Below, one piece after another: positions 40,425-50,421 of a stretch of DNA of 64,000 nucleotides (positions are counted from its first letter, which is position 1; every line of letters starts with the position of its first letter). A program made the translations under genes and the position numbers. The DNA lies in assembly GCA_017458265.1 (NCBI GenBank), contig JAFTFV010000023.1, positions 27,916 through 91,915 of the forward strand, written 5' to 3'. This DNA is from Bacteroidales bacterium (GTDB lineage: Bacteria; Bacteroidota; Bacteroidia; Bacteroidales; UBA932). Under the pieces are notes generated by a model. The model did no database searches, had not been told where the DNA came from, and saw nothing but the letters and a program-made list of their open reading frames with translations.

Positions 40425-41366
40425 CTACCGCTTGGCGCGGACGTAGATTGAAAGCGGCAGGACTTTGCCGAAGGAATCATTCAGGGCCAGTTCACCGGAG
40501 GTCATCTCCTTGAGCTGGCCTTTGAAGGCTTCACGCACGACGGTTTCGCCAAGGGCGGCGCTGTACCCGTTGGAGTAGAGGTTCAGGACCATGAAGGAGT
40601 CCCGTTCGCCAAGGATTTCGGAAACATTCTGAAGAAGGCCGAAGAGGAGCTCGTCCAGCTTCCATTTTTCGCCGTCAGGGCCATGGCCGTATGCGGGAGG
40701 GTCCAGGATGATACCGTCATACTTGTTGCCGCGTTTTGCTTCACGCCGCGCAAACTTGAGTGCGTCTTCCACCACCCAGCGGATGCCGTCAAGGCCGCTG
40801 CGTTCCATGTTTTCGCGTGCCCAGGTGACTACCTGACGCACGGAGTCGAGATGTGTGACATCGGCCCCGGCGCACTTGGCGGCAAGGGATGCAGCGCCGG
40901 TGTAGGCAAAGAGATTAAGCACGCGTGGGGCGCCAAGCCCGTTGGCCTTGTGGATGCGTGCTAGGCGGGATGTCTCACGGTATATGAACTCCCAGTTAGG
41001 AGCCTGTTCGGGGAATACGCCCACATGTTTGAAGGATGTGAGGCCGAGGCGCAGCGAAAGGTGCAGGTCGCTCATGGCGTGTGTCTCCGGATCCTGTGCG
41101 CCGTTATAGGTGATGCCCCACTGGTCCTCCATCTTCTTGAGGCGGTTCCATGTGCCGCTGTCCTCCTTCCCCGCCTTGCCGAAACCGGCACCGGGCACGA
41201 AACTCACATGAGCGAGCTTGTTCCAGTCCTTGAGCGATGGCGTCCAGAGAGCCTTTGGCTCAGGGCGGCGGAGTACGTACTTTCCAAAACGCTCAAGCTT
41301 TTCTCCGTTTCCGGAGTCCAGCAGTTCGTAGTCTTTCCAGTAAGTTGCGGGATAATCCAGGGCCAT
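40425..41366 (-). CDS. Class I SAM-dependent methyltransferase (RlmI/RlmK-like)
   Basis: DYELLDSGNGEKLERFG, VLNLFAYTGAAS, IILDPPAYGHGP. Confidence 0.85.
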   Translation of the reverse strand: MALDYPATYWKDYELLDSGNGEKLERFGKYVLRRPEPKALWTPSLKDWNKLAHVSFVPGAGFGKAGKEDSGTWNRLKKMEDQWGITYNGAQDPETHAMSDLHLSLRLGLTSFKHVGVFPEQAPNWEFIYRETSRLARIHKANGLGAPRVLNLFAYTGAASLAAKCAGADVTHLDSVRQVVTWARENMERSGLDGIRWVVEDALKFARREAKRGNKYDGIILDPPAYGHGPDGEKWKLDELLFGLLQNVSEILGERDSFMVLNLYSNGYSAALGETVVREAFKGQLKEMTSGELALNDSFGKVLPLSIYVRAKR

Positions 41367-41382
41367 GGTTTGAAAGTTTTCG

Positions 41383-41410
41383 CAAAGGTAGCAAAAAATA
41401 GCTATATTTG
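41383..41410. promoter_or_regulatory. Divergent -7 promoter pair (methyltransferase / lgt)
   Basis: CAAAGGTA at 41383-41390 (TACCTTTG on minus) and TATATTTG at 41403-41410. Confidence 0.6.
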
Positions 41411-41441
41411 TAAACTGGTTCTAATTTGACCGTGACAAGCT

Positions 41442-42323
41442 ATGGAACTGTTGGTGATACATTGGAATATAGACCCGGCGATACTGCATATCGGCGGATT
41501 TGAGCTCAGGTGGTATTCGCTTCTTTTCGTGAGCGGGTTCATCCTGGGATGGTTCATAATGAAGGATTTCTTCAGGAAGGAGAAGATGGACGAGAAGCTG
41601 CTGGATCCGCTCCTGTACACGCTTCTTATCTGCACCATCGTGGGAGCGCGCCTGGGTCACTGCATATTCTATCAGCCGGATTACTACTTTGGTTCATGGA
41701 AGGGGTTCTGGGAGATATTCATGCCGTGGAAAGGCGGTCTTGCCAGCCACGGCGGCACCATCGCCATCATCCTCGGCCTCATCTGGTACGTGAACAAGTA
41801 CGGAAAGAAGAATGACTTCGACTTCATGTGGCTTGTAGACCACCTGGTGATTCCGGTGTCGTTCGCGGCCTGTTTCATCCGCCTTGGAAACCTTTTCAAC
41901 AGCGAGATATACGGCGGTCCCACCAGCCTTCCCTGGGGATTCATCTTCGAGAGAAACTGGGAAACCGTTCCCTGCCATCCCACGCAGCTGTACGAAGGCG
42001 GAACATACCTCCTCCTGGGCCTTGTGCTCTATGCCCTTTACAAATGGCGTCTTGACAAGGTGTACAGGGGTACTTTCACCGGTATATTCTTCATCGTGTG
42101 CTTCGGAAGCCGCATCCTCATCGAGTTCGTGAAGAACCCTCAGGTGGCGTTCGAGGAGAACATGGTCCTCAATATGGGCCAGCTCCTGAGCATCCCGTTC
42201 GTGCTCATCGGGATCGGCTGCCTCATCTGGGCGTATAAGAAGAAACTGCCTGCCATGGCGGTCCATCAGGACCATGCTCCAAAGAAAAAAGAAACCACAC
42301 ACTATGCAAAGCCGCTTAATTAA
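41442..42323 (+). CDS. lgt: Prolipoprotein diacylglyceryl transferase
   Basis: LRWYSL, GARLGHC, GGLASHGG, RLGNLFNSEIYG, HPTQLYE. Confidence 0.97.
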   Translation: MELLVIHWNIDPAILHIGGFELRWYSLLFVSGFILGWFIMKDFFRKEKMDEKLLDPLLYTLLICTIVGARLGHCIFYQPDYYFGSWKGFWEIFMPWKGGLASHGGTIAIILGLIWYVNKYGKKNDFDFMWLVDHLVIPVSFAACFIRLGNLFNSEIYGGPTSLPWGFIFERNWETVPCHPTQLYEGGTYLLLGLVLYALYKWRLDKVYRGTFTGIFFIVCFGSRILIEFVKNPQVAFEENMVLNMGQLLSIPFVLIGIGCLIWAYKKKLPAMAVHQDHAPKKKETTHYAKPLN

Positions 42324-42334
42324 GCGGTTTTTTT
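42308..42334 (+). terminator. Intrinsic terminator overlapping the lgt stop
   Basis: Perfect palindrome CCGCTTAATTAAGCGG followed by a T run. Confidence 0.7.
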
Positions 42335-42336
42335 GT

Positions 42337-42387
42337 GGGATTTCTCGACTTCGCTCGAAATGACAGAGGTGATTGCTCGAAATGACA
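42337..42387 (-). repeat. TGTC-tagged repeat, copy 6, plus one 22-nt half-unit (intergenic)
   Basis: GGGATTTCTCGACTTCGCTCGAAATGACA + GAGGTGATTGCTCGAAATGACA. Confidence 0.88.
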
Positions 42388-42446
42388 GAGTGTGCATAAG
42401 TTCAGGCGTGATTTTTGTAGTGTAATGCGCCGCTTATAATACGTAT

Positions 42447-43958
42447 ATGGTTAGAAGATTATTGTTTGCGCTGGCTCTCGTAATCCCCGTTTCAGCAGCA
42501 GCGCAGTATGTGGAAGAAGCACCTGTACAGGAAGATTCAACACTGGTCCTCACCCTTGAGGATGCACTGAAGATAGCCCTTTCGGAGAATATATCGGTGA
42601 AAGTGGCCGACATGGAAATCCAGCGTGCAGAATATGCGCGCAGGGGCTCCTATGCATCCCTTTTCCCCCAGGTGAACGCATCAGGTTCATTCCAGCACAC
42701 AATCCGCAAGCAGGTCATGTACATGGGAGGCGGCAGTTCCTCCTCCGGCAGCGGCTCTTCGGGCGGCGGCATGTCGTCCATGTTCACCAGCGTGCTGGAT
42801 CCTGTCATGTATTACATCACGGAGCTCATGAAGCAGCATCCCGGAGCAATCGCCCCGTATACTCCTCCGGCAACTGATGAGACCGAGTCCTCCGGCAACG
42901 GCGGCATCGAAGTGGGCCGTACAAACACATGGTCTGCAGGCATCAACGCCAGCATGCCGCTCGTGAACGCCCAGCTGTGGGAGTCCATCGGCCTTTCCGG
43001 AGATCAGGTGGAACTGGCAGTGGAACAGGCTCGCGAGTCCCGCCTCGGGATGGTAACTTCCGTGAAGCAGGCATACTATGCCGTCCTCATGGCAAAGGCC
43101 TCCTACGATGTGTACAACGCCGTTTTCGAGAACGCAGTTCAGAACTACAAGCTCACCGAGATGCGCTACAATGCGCAGAAGGCTTCCGAGCTGGATTTCA
43201 CAAGGGCAAAGAGCTCGCTGGCATCGGCAATCCCCAACCTTTACAATGCAGAGAATGCGATAGAACTTGCCCTGTGGCAGCTGAAGGCGGTCATCGGCCT
43301 TGACCTTGACAGGCCGGTGGACGTGGTGGGTTCGCTGGAGGACAATGCAGAGCAGATGTTCCGCTACCTTCAGGAAGGGGAGAACGCCTCACTGGAGGGC
43401 AATACGCAGCTGAGGCAGCTGGAGGCACAGGCCAATATGCTGGCCCGTCAGATAAGAGCTCAGCAGTATGCATACCTTCCCAGCCTATCCCTTGCCTTCG
43501 CATACAACTACAACGCCATGGCCGAGGACTTCGACTTCTCCAACTACCAGTGGACGCCGTACTCCTACATCGGCATACAGCTGAGCATTCCCATTTTCTC
43601 CGGAGGTCAGCGCTACCATCAGGTGAAGCAGACGAAGGTCCAGGCCCAGGAGCTTGAGTACCAGAGGATAAATGCCGAAAGGCAGATACGCATAGCCATC
43701 CGCCAGAGCCTTTCCACTATGGATACCTCCATCAAGACATACGACGCCGCAAAAGACGCCCTGGAAAGCGCAGAAAAGGCTTACGATATTGCAGCCAAGA
43801 GCTATGAGGTGGGCCGCAGCACCCTTACAGACCTGAACAACACCGAGCTGGTCCTTACCCAGACCCGCATGCAGGTCCTGCAGGCAGTTTACAACTTTGT
43901 CATTGCCAAGGCCGGCCTTGAGCAGACACTCGGATACGATTATAAAACAGAAGAATAA
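42447..43958 (+). CDS. TolC family outer membrane efflux protein
   Basis: LTLEDALKIALSEN, YLPSLSL, LSIPIFSGG, AKSYEVG. Confidence 0.92.
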   Translation: MVRRLLFALALVIPVSAAAQYVEEAPVQEDSTLVLTLEDALKIALSENISVKVADMEIQRAEYARRGSYASLFPQVNASGSFQHTIRKQVMYMGGGSSSSGSGSSGGGMSSMFTSVLDPVMYYITELMKQHPGAIAPYTPPATDETESSGNGGIEVGRTNTWSAGINASMPLVNAQLWESIGLSGDQVELAVEQARESRLGMVTSVKQAYYAVLMAKASYDVYNAVFENAVQNYKLTEMRYNAQKASELDFTRAKSSLASAIPNLYNAENAIELALWQLKAVIGLDLDRPVDVVGSLEDNAEQMFRYLQEGENASLEGNTQLRQLEAQANMLARQIRAQQYAYLPSLSLAFAYNYNAMAEDFDFSNYQWTPYSYIGIQLSIPIFSGGQRYHQVKQTKVQAQELEYQRINAERQIRIAIRQSLSTMDTSIKTYDAAKDALESAEKAYDIAAKSYEVGRSTLTDLNNTELVLTQTRMQVLQAVYNFVIAKAGLEQTLGYDYKTEE

Positions 43959-43961
43959 TAT

Positions 43962-44984
43962 ATGAACTACAGATTTCTACTTGTCCCCGTGGCGGCAGCT
44001 CTCGTGGCTTGCTCCGGCAATCAGGGTAAAAAGGCCGAAAATGCCCCCGCAGCGATGCCAGTCGTCGTTCCCAACGTTGAGGTGAAGGCCGTAGAGGTGA
44101 GGGAAGTGCCCCAGGAAAGCACCTATGCTTCCACCGTGCAGGCATACGCCGTGAACAACATCATGCCCCAGACCGGCGGCCGCATCAGGAAGATTAATGC
44201 CGAGGTTGGCGACTACGTGGTGAAGGGCCAGATTCTTGCCGAGATGGACCGTCTCCAGCTTGACCAGCTCGAGCTCCAGATAAAGAACGACGAGGACGAG
44301 TACGCCCGCCTCAAGAAGCTCTACGAGCAGGGCGGCGTAGCCCAGTCCGATTTCGAAGCCGCAGAGCTTGGCTACAAGGTCAGGAAGTCAAACTACGAGA
44401 ATGTCAAGGAAAATACCATCCTGAGGAGCCCAATCACCGGTTTCGTGACCGCCCGAAACTTCGACCAGGGCGACATGTTCTCCATGAGCGCCCCCATCTT
44501 CACCGTGCAGCAGGTCTATCCCGTGAAGCTCCTCGTGGGCGTTTCCGAGAGCGAGTACACCAGGATAAAGAAGGGTGACGCCGTCTCCCTCACGGTTGAC
44601 GCCATCCCCGGCCGCACCTTCACCGGCAAGGTTGAACGCCTCTATCCCACCGTGGATGCCGCCACCCATACCTTCAAGGCCGAGGTCATCGTCACCAATG
44701 CCGACAAGGTCCTCCGCCCCGGCATGTATGCCCGCGTCACCGTCAACTTCGGAAACAGGCGCTCCATCATCGTCCCGGACCAGTCCATCGTAAAGCAGGA
44801 GGGCACCGGCACAAAGTTCATCTACGTCCTTAACGAAGATTCCACCGTGAGCTACCTTCCCATCGTCCTCGGACGCCACATCGGCGCCGAATACGAGGTT
44901 ACGTCCGGCCTGGAAGAGGGCAGCACCGTTGTAGTGAAGGGTCAGTCCGCACTCAAGGACGGTCTTAAAGTGAATGTGCTATGA
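43962..44984 (+). CDS. RND efflux periplasmic adaptor (lipoprotein)
   Basis: LVA-C lipobox; VGDYVVKGQILA, SPITGFV, LRPGMYA. Confidence 0.92.
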   Translation: MNYRFLLVPVAAALVACSGNQGKKAENAPAAMPVVVPNVEVKAVEVREVPQESTYASTVQAYAVNNIMPQTGGRIRKINAEVGDYVVKGQILAEMDRLQLDQLELQIKNDEDEYARLKKLYEQGGVAQSDFEAAELGYKVRKSNYENVKENTILRSPITGFVTARNFDQGDMFSMSAPIFTVQQVYPVKLLVGVSESEYTRIKKGDAVSLTVDAIPGRTFTGKVERLYPTVDAATHTFKAEVIVTNADKVLRPGMYARVTVNFGNRRSIIVPDQSIVKQEGTGTKFIYVLNEDSTVSYLPIVLGRHIGAEYEVTSGLEEGSTVVVKGQSALKDGLKVNVL

Positions 44985-47900
44985 GCATCTACAGGACAGC
45001 AGTAGAGAATCCCGTAACCACCGGCCTTGTCTTCCTGGCATTCGCGCTGCTGGGCGTTTTCGCCCTGGTGCAGCTGCCGATAGACAACCTTCCGGACGTG
45101 GAATCCAACACCATCATGGTGATGAGTTCCTATCCGGGAGCATCGGCCGAGGACGTGGAGAACAACCTCACGAAGATACTGGAGAACTCCCTGAACGGCG
45201 TCCCCAACCTGAAGGACCTTACCTCCAACTCCAGGGAGAACATCTCCATCCTCACCCTTGAATTCGAATACGGAACTGACATCGACGAGGCTACGAACGA
45301 CGTCCGCGACAAGCTGGACATGATATCCCAGACACTTCCGGACGGAGCGTCGCTTCCGTTCCTGTTCAAGTTCAGCGTGGACGACATGCCCATCATGATC
45401 ATGGCGGCCACGGCGAACCAGAGCGTGAGTGCCCTTGACAAGATACTGGACGAAAGGATTGCAACCCCGCTGGCGCGTGTTTCCGGCGTTGGCCAGATCA
45501 GCGTTGCAGGCGCCCCCAAGAGGGAAATCCAGGTCTATGTAGACCCCGCAAAGCTGGAGGCATACCGCCTTTCCATCCCCACCATCTCGCAGATCATCGC
45601 TGCCGAAAACAGGAACATCCCTTCCGGCAGCATCGACATCGGCTCCGATACCTATACCCTCCGTATCAAGAAGGAGTTCCAGGACCCGTCCGAACTGCTT
45701 GACGTGGTACTTGGAAGCTACGGCGGCGGCACCATCTACCTCAGGGACGTGGCCCGCATCGTGGACGACGTCGAGGAGAAGTCCCAGGAATCCTACACCA
45801 ACGGCGTCCGCGGCGCGCAGATTATCGTCCAGAAACAGTCCGGCTACAACACCGTGGACGTTATCAGGAAGGTGAAAAAGGAGATGAAAACCCTTGAGCG
45901 CAGCCTCCCTGCCGATGTGCACATCACAACGGTGGTGGACAACTCCGACAACATCCTCCGCACCATCGACTCCCTCAAGGAGACCATCCTCATCACCTTC
46001 CTGGTGGTCATGCTGGTGGTGTTCCTCTTCCTGGGAAGGTTCAAGGGAACGCTCATAGTGGTGCTCAGCATCCCTATCGCACTGCTCGCATCCCTCCTCT
46101 ACCTCTTTGCGACGGGCAACACCCTCAACATCATTTCCATGAGTGCGCTGTCCATTGCGATAGGCATGGTGGTGGACGACGCAATCGTTGTCCTGGAGAA
46201 CGTCACGACGCACCTGGAGAGGGGAGAGCGCCCAAAGGAGGCGGCCGTTCACGGCACTGCCGAGGTGGGTATCTCCGTAATCGCCTCCACCCTTACCATG
46301 CTGTGCGTGTTCATCCCGCTTACCATGATAAAGGGCATGGCGGGCATCATGTTCAAGCAGCTGGGCTGGATTGTGTCCATCATCATGATAGTGTCCACCA
46401 CGGCGGCCCTCACCCTGGTGCCGATGCTCTGCTCCCAGCTCCTTAACAACAAGCCAAATAACAACAAGATTTTCAAGGCTGTCTTCGGCCCCGTGAACAA
46501 GGCCCTGGATGCCGTCTCGAATGGGTATTCAAGGCTCATCGCATGGTGCATGAACCGAAAGAAGCTCATCGCCGTGGGCGCAGTGGTCATCTTCGCCGTG
46601 GTAATGGCAATCTACGTCCCCAGGATGAAGACGGAATACTTCCCGTCCTCCGACGCCGGCCGCCTTCAGGCGACTATTGAACTGCCTATCGGCACAGCCC
46701 AGGACGTCACGCGCGACGTTGCAGCCCGCATCTACCAGAAAATCCTTGCCGACGTTCCCGAAATCAAGGTGCTGAGCTACCGTTTCGGCCAGGCCGATTC
46801 CGACAACGCCTTCGCCTCCATGCGCCAGAACGGCACCTACCTCATCACCATGAACATCAACGTAGGCTCCATGGAAGACCGTGAGCGCTCTGTCTCCGAG
46901 ATTGCCGATATAGTCCGTGCCGACCTCCGCCTCTTCCCCGAGCTGAACCGCTTCAACGTCTCGGAAGGCGGCATGATGGGCGGAACGGCAAGCGTCCAGC
47001 TGGAAATCTACGGATATGACTTCGAGGATACAGAAAACGCCGCCAGGACGGTGCGCAGGCAGATGATGGAGAGCGGAAAGTTCACCCAGGCCATCCTCTC
47101 GCGCGACCAGTACACCCCCGAATACGAGGTTGACTTTGACCGTGAAAAGCTTGCCTTGAACGGCCTCTCTTCGGTAACCGCAGCATCTGCGGTATCTGCC
47201 GCCATGTCCGGCTCAGTGGGCTCCTACTACCGTGAAGACGGCGAGGAGTACAACATCCGCGTGCGCTATGCCCCTGAGTTCAGGACCAGCATCGAGGACA
47301 TCGAGAACATCACCATCTACAACACCCAGGGCCAGGGCCTCAAGGTGAAGGACCTTGGCCGGATCGTAGAATCAAAGGTGCCTCCTACAATCCAGAGAAA
47401 GAACCGTGAACGTTATATCAGCGTCACCGGCATCGTGGCTAAGGGCGTATCCCTGAGCGAAGGCGTCGAGTGCGTGAACACCACCCTTGCGGAGAATCCC
47501 CTGCCGGTGGGACTGAGCTGGCGTATCGGCGGTGACTATGAGAATCAGCAGGACATGTTCTCCGACATGATCCTCCTTGCCCTCCTCATCATTGTGCTTG
47601 TGTACATGGTCATGGCATCCCAGTTCGAGTCCTTCCTGGGACCTTTCGTCATCATGTTCTCCATCCCGTTCGCCCTCGTGGGCGTTGCGCTTGGTAACAT
47701 GACCGCGGACCTTGCCGTTGGCGTCATGAGCCTTATCGGCATAATAATCCTCCTTGGTATCGTGGTTAAGAACGGTATCGTGCTCATAGACTACACAATC
47801 CTTTGCCAGGAGAGGGGAATGAGCGTGAGGGAGGCTTCCGTGACCGCTGCCCGCAGCCGTCTGCGCCCTATCCTCATGACTACGCTCACAACCGTGCTGG

Positions 47901-48097
47901 GTATGCTCCCTATGGCTCTTGGCCGCGGTGAGGGCTCGGAAATGTGGAACGGGCTTGGCACCACGGTGGCATGGGGTCTTTCATTCTCCACGCTCATTAC
48001 GCTGGTCATCATTCCCGTTGTTTACTGCGGAATATCCGAACACCGCGAAAGGCGGAGACTCAAAAAAGCCGCCCGCGCTGAAACGAATAACGACTAA
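44981..48097 (+). CDS. RND efflux permease (AcrB/AcrD/AcrF family)
   Basis: 1038 aa; YPGASAEDVE, GMVVDDAIVVLEN, GIVVKNGIVL, SRLRPILMT. Confidence 0.95.
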   Translation: MSIYRTAVENPVTTGLVFLAFALLGVFALVQLPIDNLPDVESNTIMVMSSYPGASAEDVENNLTKILENSLNGVPNLKDLTSNSRENISILTLEFEYGTDIDEATNDVRDKLDMISQTLPDGASLPFLFKFSVDDMPIMIMAATANQSVSALDKILDERIATPLARVSGVGQISVAGAPKREIQVYVDPAKLEAYRLSIPTISQIIAAENRNIPSGSIDIGSDTYTLRIKKEFQDPSELLDVVLGSYGGGTIYLRDVARIVDDVEEKSQESYTNGVRGAQIIVQKQSGYNTVDVIRKVKKEMKTLERSLPADVHITTVVDNSDNILRTIDSLKETILITFLVVMLVVFLFLGRFKGTLIVVLSIPIALLASLLYLFATGNTLNIISMSALSIAIGMVVDDAIVVLENVTTHLERGERPKEAAVHGTAEVGISVIASTLTMLCVFIPLTMIKGMAGIMFKQLGWIVSIIMIVSTTAALTLVPMLCSQLLNNKPNNNKIFKAVFGPVNKALDAVSNGYSRLIAWCMNRKKLIAVGAVVIFAVVMAIYVPRMKTEYFPSSDAGRLQATIELPIGTAQDVTRDVAARIYQKILADVPEIKVLSYRFGQADSDNAFASMRQNGTYLITMNINVGSMEDRERSVSEIADIVRADLRLFPELNRFNVSEGGMMGGTASVQLEIYGYDFEDTENAARTVRRQMMESGKFTQAILSRDQYTPEYEVDFDREKLALNGLSSVTAASAVSAAMSGSVGSYYREDGEEYNIRVRYAPEFRTSIEDIENITIYNTQGQGLKVKDLGRIVESKVPPTIQRKNRERYISVTGIVAKGVSLSEGVECVNTTLAENPLPVGLSWRIGGDYENQQDMFSDMILLALLIIVLVYMVMASQFESFLGPFVIMFSIPFALVGVALGNMTADLAVGVMSLIGIIILLGIVVKNGIVLIDYTILCQERGMSVREASVTAARSRLRPILMTTLTTVLGMLPMALGRGEGSEMWNGLGTTVAWGLSFSTLITLVIIPVVYCGISEHRERRRLKKAARAETNND

Positions 48098-48108
48098 ACT
48101 GCATCTTT

Positions 48109-48402
48109 ATGAAAGCATTGTTTGTAGCTTACAACCAGGCATATAACCGTGAGGTCATAGACCTTCTTCAGGAAAACGGTCAGAGGGGCTATACCTCCTG
48201 GGAAGAAATAAGCGGCCGAGGGACCGTGGACGGAGAACCGCATCTGGGAGACCATGCATGGCCGGCGCGCAACCACGCCCTTCTTTCCGTCATGGAAGAT
48301 AAGCTTGCAAAGGATATCTTCCTGAAGTTAAAGGATTTGGATGCCGACAACCCCAACTTGGGCCTCAAAGCCTATATTTTGCCGGTAGATGAATCAATGT
48401 AG
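48109..48402 (+). CDS. PG0541-family transporter-associated protein (P-II-like)
   Basis: 97 aa; RGYTSWEEISGRGTVDGEPHLGDHAWP; directly downstream of the RND permease. Confidence 0.7.
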   Translation: MKALFVAYNQAYNREVIDLLQENGQRGYTSWEEISGRGTVDGEPHLGDHAWPARNHALLSVMEDKLAKDIFLKLKDLDADNPNLGLKAYILPVDESM

Positions 48403-48444
48403 AAAAAATTGTTTATATTTGTAACCTGAACCAATAAGCTGATT

Positions 48445-48759
48445 ATGGCTAAAGTAGCAACAAATACCAATTTCCAGGAGCTCATTCAGGACTCAAAACT
48501 CGTGATTGCAGACTTCTGGGCCACATGGTGCGGCCCCTGCCGCATGCTTTCTCCCGTACTTGACGAGGTAGAGGAAGAAATGTCAGACAAGATCTCCGTT
48601 GTCAAGGTAAACGTGGACGATGCAGACGAAATTGCAGCAAAGTACCGCATCATGAGCATCCCCACGCTCCTGTTCTTCAAGGACGGCCAGATTGTGGACA
48701 AGACCGTCGGCGCAATGCCCAAGAACGTACTCATAGAAAAAATCAACTCAAATATCTAA
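48445..48759 (+). CDS. trxA: Thioredoxin
   Basis: DFWATWCGPC. Confidence 0.97.
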   Translation: MAKVATNTNFQELIQDSKLVIADFWATWCGPCRMLSPVLDEVEEEMSDKISVVKVNVDDADEIAAKYRIMSIPTLLFFKDGQIVDKTVGAMPKNVLIEKINSNI

Positions 48760-48765
48760 CCTGTT

Positions 48766-49422
48766 ATGAAGAAATTATTCGCTCTCATCGCAGTTGCAAT
48801 GGCTTCCGTCATGGTGGCCAATGCACAAATCGGTATCGTGGCCGGTATCGGTTCCAGTACTACCACCGTCAACGAGGAGGATATTCTTTCCAATCTCAAC
48901 GGCGTGAGTGATTATCATCTGGGTGTAGCCCTCAAGCTTCCCCTGCCTCTGGGCTTTGCAATTCAGCCTGAACTTACCTATCAGATCAAGGGCGCAGACC
49001 TTGGCGCCATCGTAAACGAAGGTGCAGAGACTTCCGTGGATGAATTCAACTTCAAGAGCGGTGTCGCACAGCTGGATCTCGGAATCCAGTGGGGCATTGA
49101 CCTTGTAGCATTCCGTCCTTTCATTTTTGGAAAGCCTTTTATCGGTTATGTCATCAACGAGGATTTTGCAAAGAATATCAGCGAGGATACGGAAAAGACT
49201 CTCAAGGAGGCTCAGAACAAGCTTCAGTATGGTTTCTCCGTTGGTGCCGGTATCGATCTTCTCGAGCACTTCCAGCTCTCCGTTGCATTCTTCAAGAACC
49301 TTGGAAATCTCTTTAATGAGAACGGTGAGGTCAACGCCTCTACCGACGATGTTGATACCTCCAAGCTCACGGACCTTTCCAACTACGGCGGAATCAAGGT
49401 TACCCTGGGCTTCTTCTTCTAG
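48766..49422 (+). CDS. Outer membrane beta-barrel (porin family) protein
   Basis: Signal peptide, AIQPELTY, C-terminal VTLGFFF. Confidence 0.85.
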   Translation: MKKLFALIAVAMASVMVANAQIGIVAGIGSSTTTVNEEDILSNLNGVSDYHLGVALKLPLPLGFAIQPELTYQIKGADLGAIVNEGAETSVDEFNFKSGVAQLDLGIQWGIDLVAFRPFIFGKPFIGYVINEDFAKNISEDTEKTLKEAQNKLQYGFSVGAGIDLLEHFQLSVAFFKNLGNLFNENGEVNASTDDVDTSKLTDLSNYGGIKVTLGFFF

Positions 49423-49425
49423 CAG

Positions 49426-50418
49426 ATGAGCCAAAAGGCTAAATTCTTGGAAATCAGAGAGTCGCTCCATCCGTATCTTGAACGGGTGGAGCGCCTCATT
49501 GATACCTCGCTCTCAAGCGACATCCCACTCCTGGACAGCGTGAACAAATCGCTGAGGGAAAGGACGGGGAAGATGCTGCGTCCAATGCTGGCCATTCTGG
49601 CGGCAGGCGCAGCCGGCGGCGTGAGTGAGGATTCAATACGCTTCGCCGCCGCGGCGGAGCTGCTTCACAATGCCACGCTTTTGCATGACGACGTGGTGGA
49701 CGGTGCCTCCGAGCGCCGCGGCACGCCCACCGTTTCCTCCATCCTCGGAGGCCGGGCGGCAGTGCTTGTCGGAGACTTCTGGCTGGTGAAGTGTATGCAG
49801 GTGATCCTCTCGTCGGAAGAATACGGAGACAGGGCTCTCCGCATCTTTTCCAAAACCATATCGGACCTTACCGAGGGCGAAATGCTCCAGATGCAGAAAG
49901 CCTCGGAAGGGGATACTACCCAGGAAGATTACCTGCGGATAATCTATAACAAGACCGCCTCGCTTTTCGAGGCTGCAGCCCTTTCCGCCGCCGTTTCTGC
50001 CGATGCTCCCGGCCGCACGGTCACAGTCCTCGGAGAGTTTGCGAAGAACCTGGGACTTGCGTTCCAGATCAAGGACGACATCATGGATTACAGCGTTCCC
50101 GGAGACGGTTTCGGGAAGCCTGTAGGCCAGGATCTCATGGAGCAGAAGATAACCCAGCCCCTCCTTTGCGCCCTTGGAAGCGTGAGTGAAGAGGAGGCTC
50201 TTTCGGTGCGGAAAAAGGTTGCCTCCATATCGGACAATCCCTCCCTTGCCGATGAGGTCCGCGCCTTTGTCTTCGCGCACGACGGCGTTTCGAAGGCAGA
50301 GGTTGTGCTTGACTATTACATCGAAAAAGCACTCAAAACACTTCAGGTACTTCCAACTTCGGCAGAAAAATCGTATCTTGCAGAACTTTCCCTGTTCGTG
50401 GGGGCAAGAGACGTGTAA
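49426..50418 (+). CDS. Polyprenyl diphosphate synthase
   Basis: GKMLRP, ATLLHDDVVDGASERRG (FARM), AFQIKDDIMD (SARM), GKPVGQDL. Confidence 0.93.
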   Translation: MSQKAKFLEIRESLHPYLERVERLIDTSLSSDIPLLDSVNKSLRERTGKMLRPMLAILAAGAAGGVSEDSIRFAAAAELLHNATLLHDDVVDGASERRGTPTVSSILGGRAAVLVGDFWLVKCMQVILSSEEYGDRALRIFSKTISDLTEGEMLQMQKASEGDTTQEDYLRIIYNKTASLFEAAALSAAVSADAPGRTVTVLGEFAKNLGLAFQIKDDIMDYSVPGDGFGKPVGQDLMEQKITQPLLCALGSVSEEEALSVRKKVASISDNPSLADEVRAFVFAHDGVSKAEVVLDYYIEKALKTLQVLPTSAEKSYLAELSLFVGARDV

Positions 50419-50421
50419 ATT

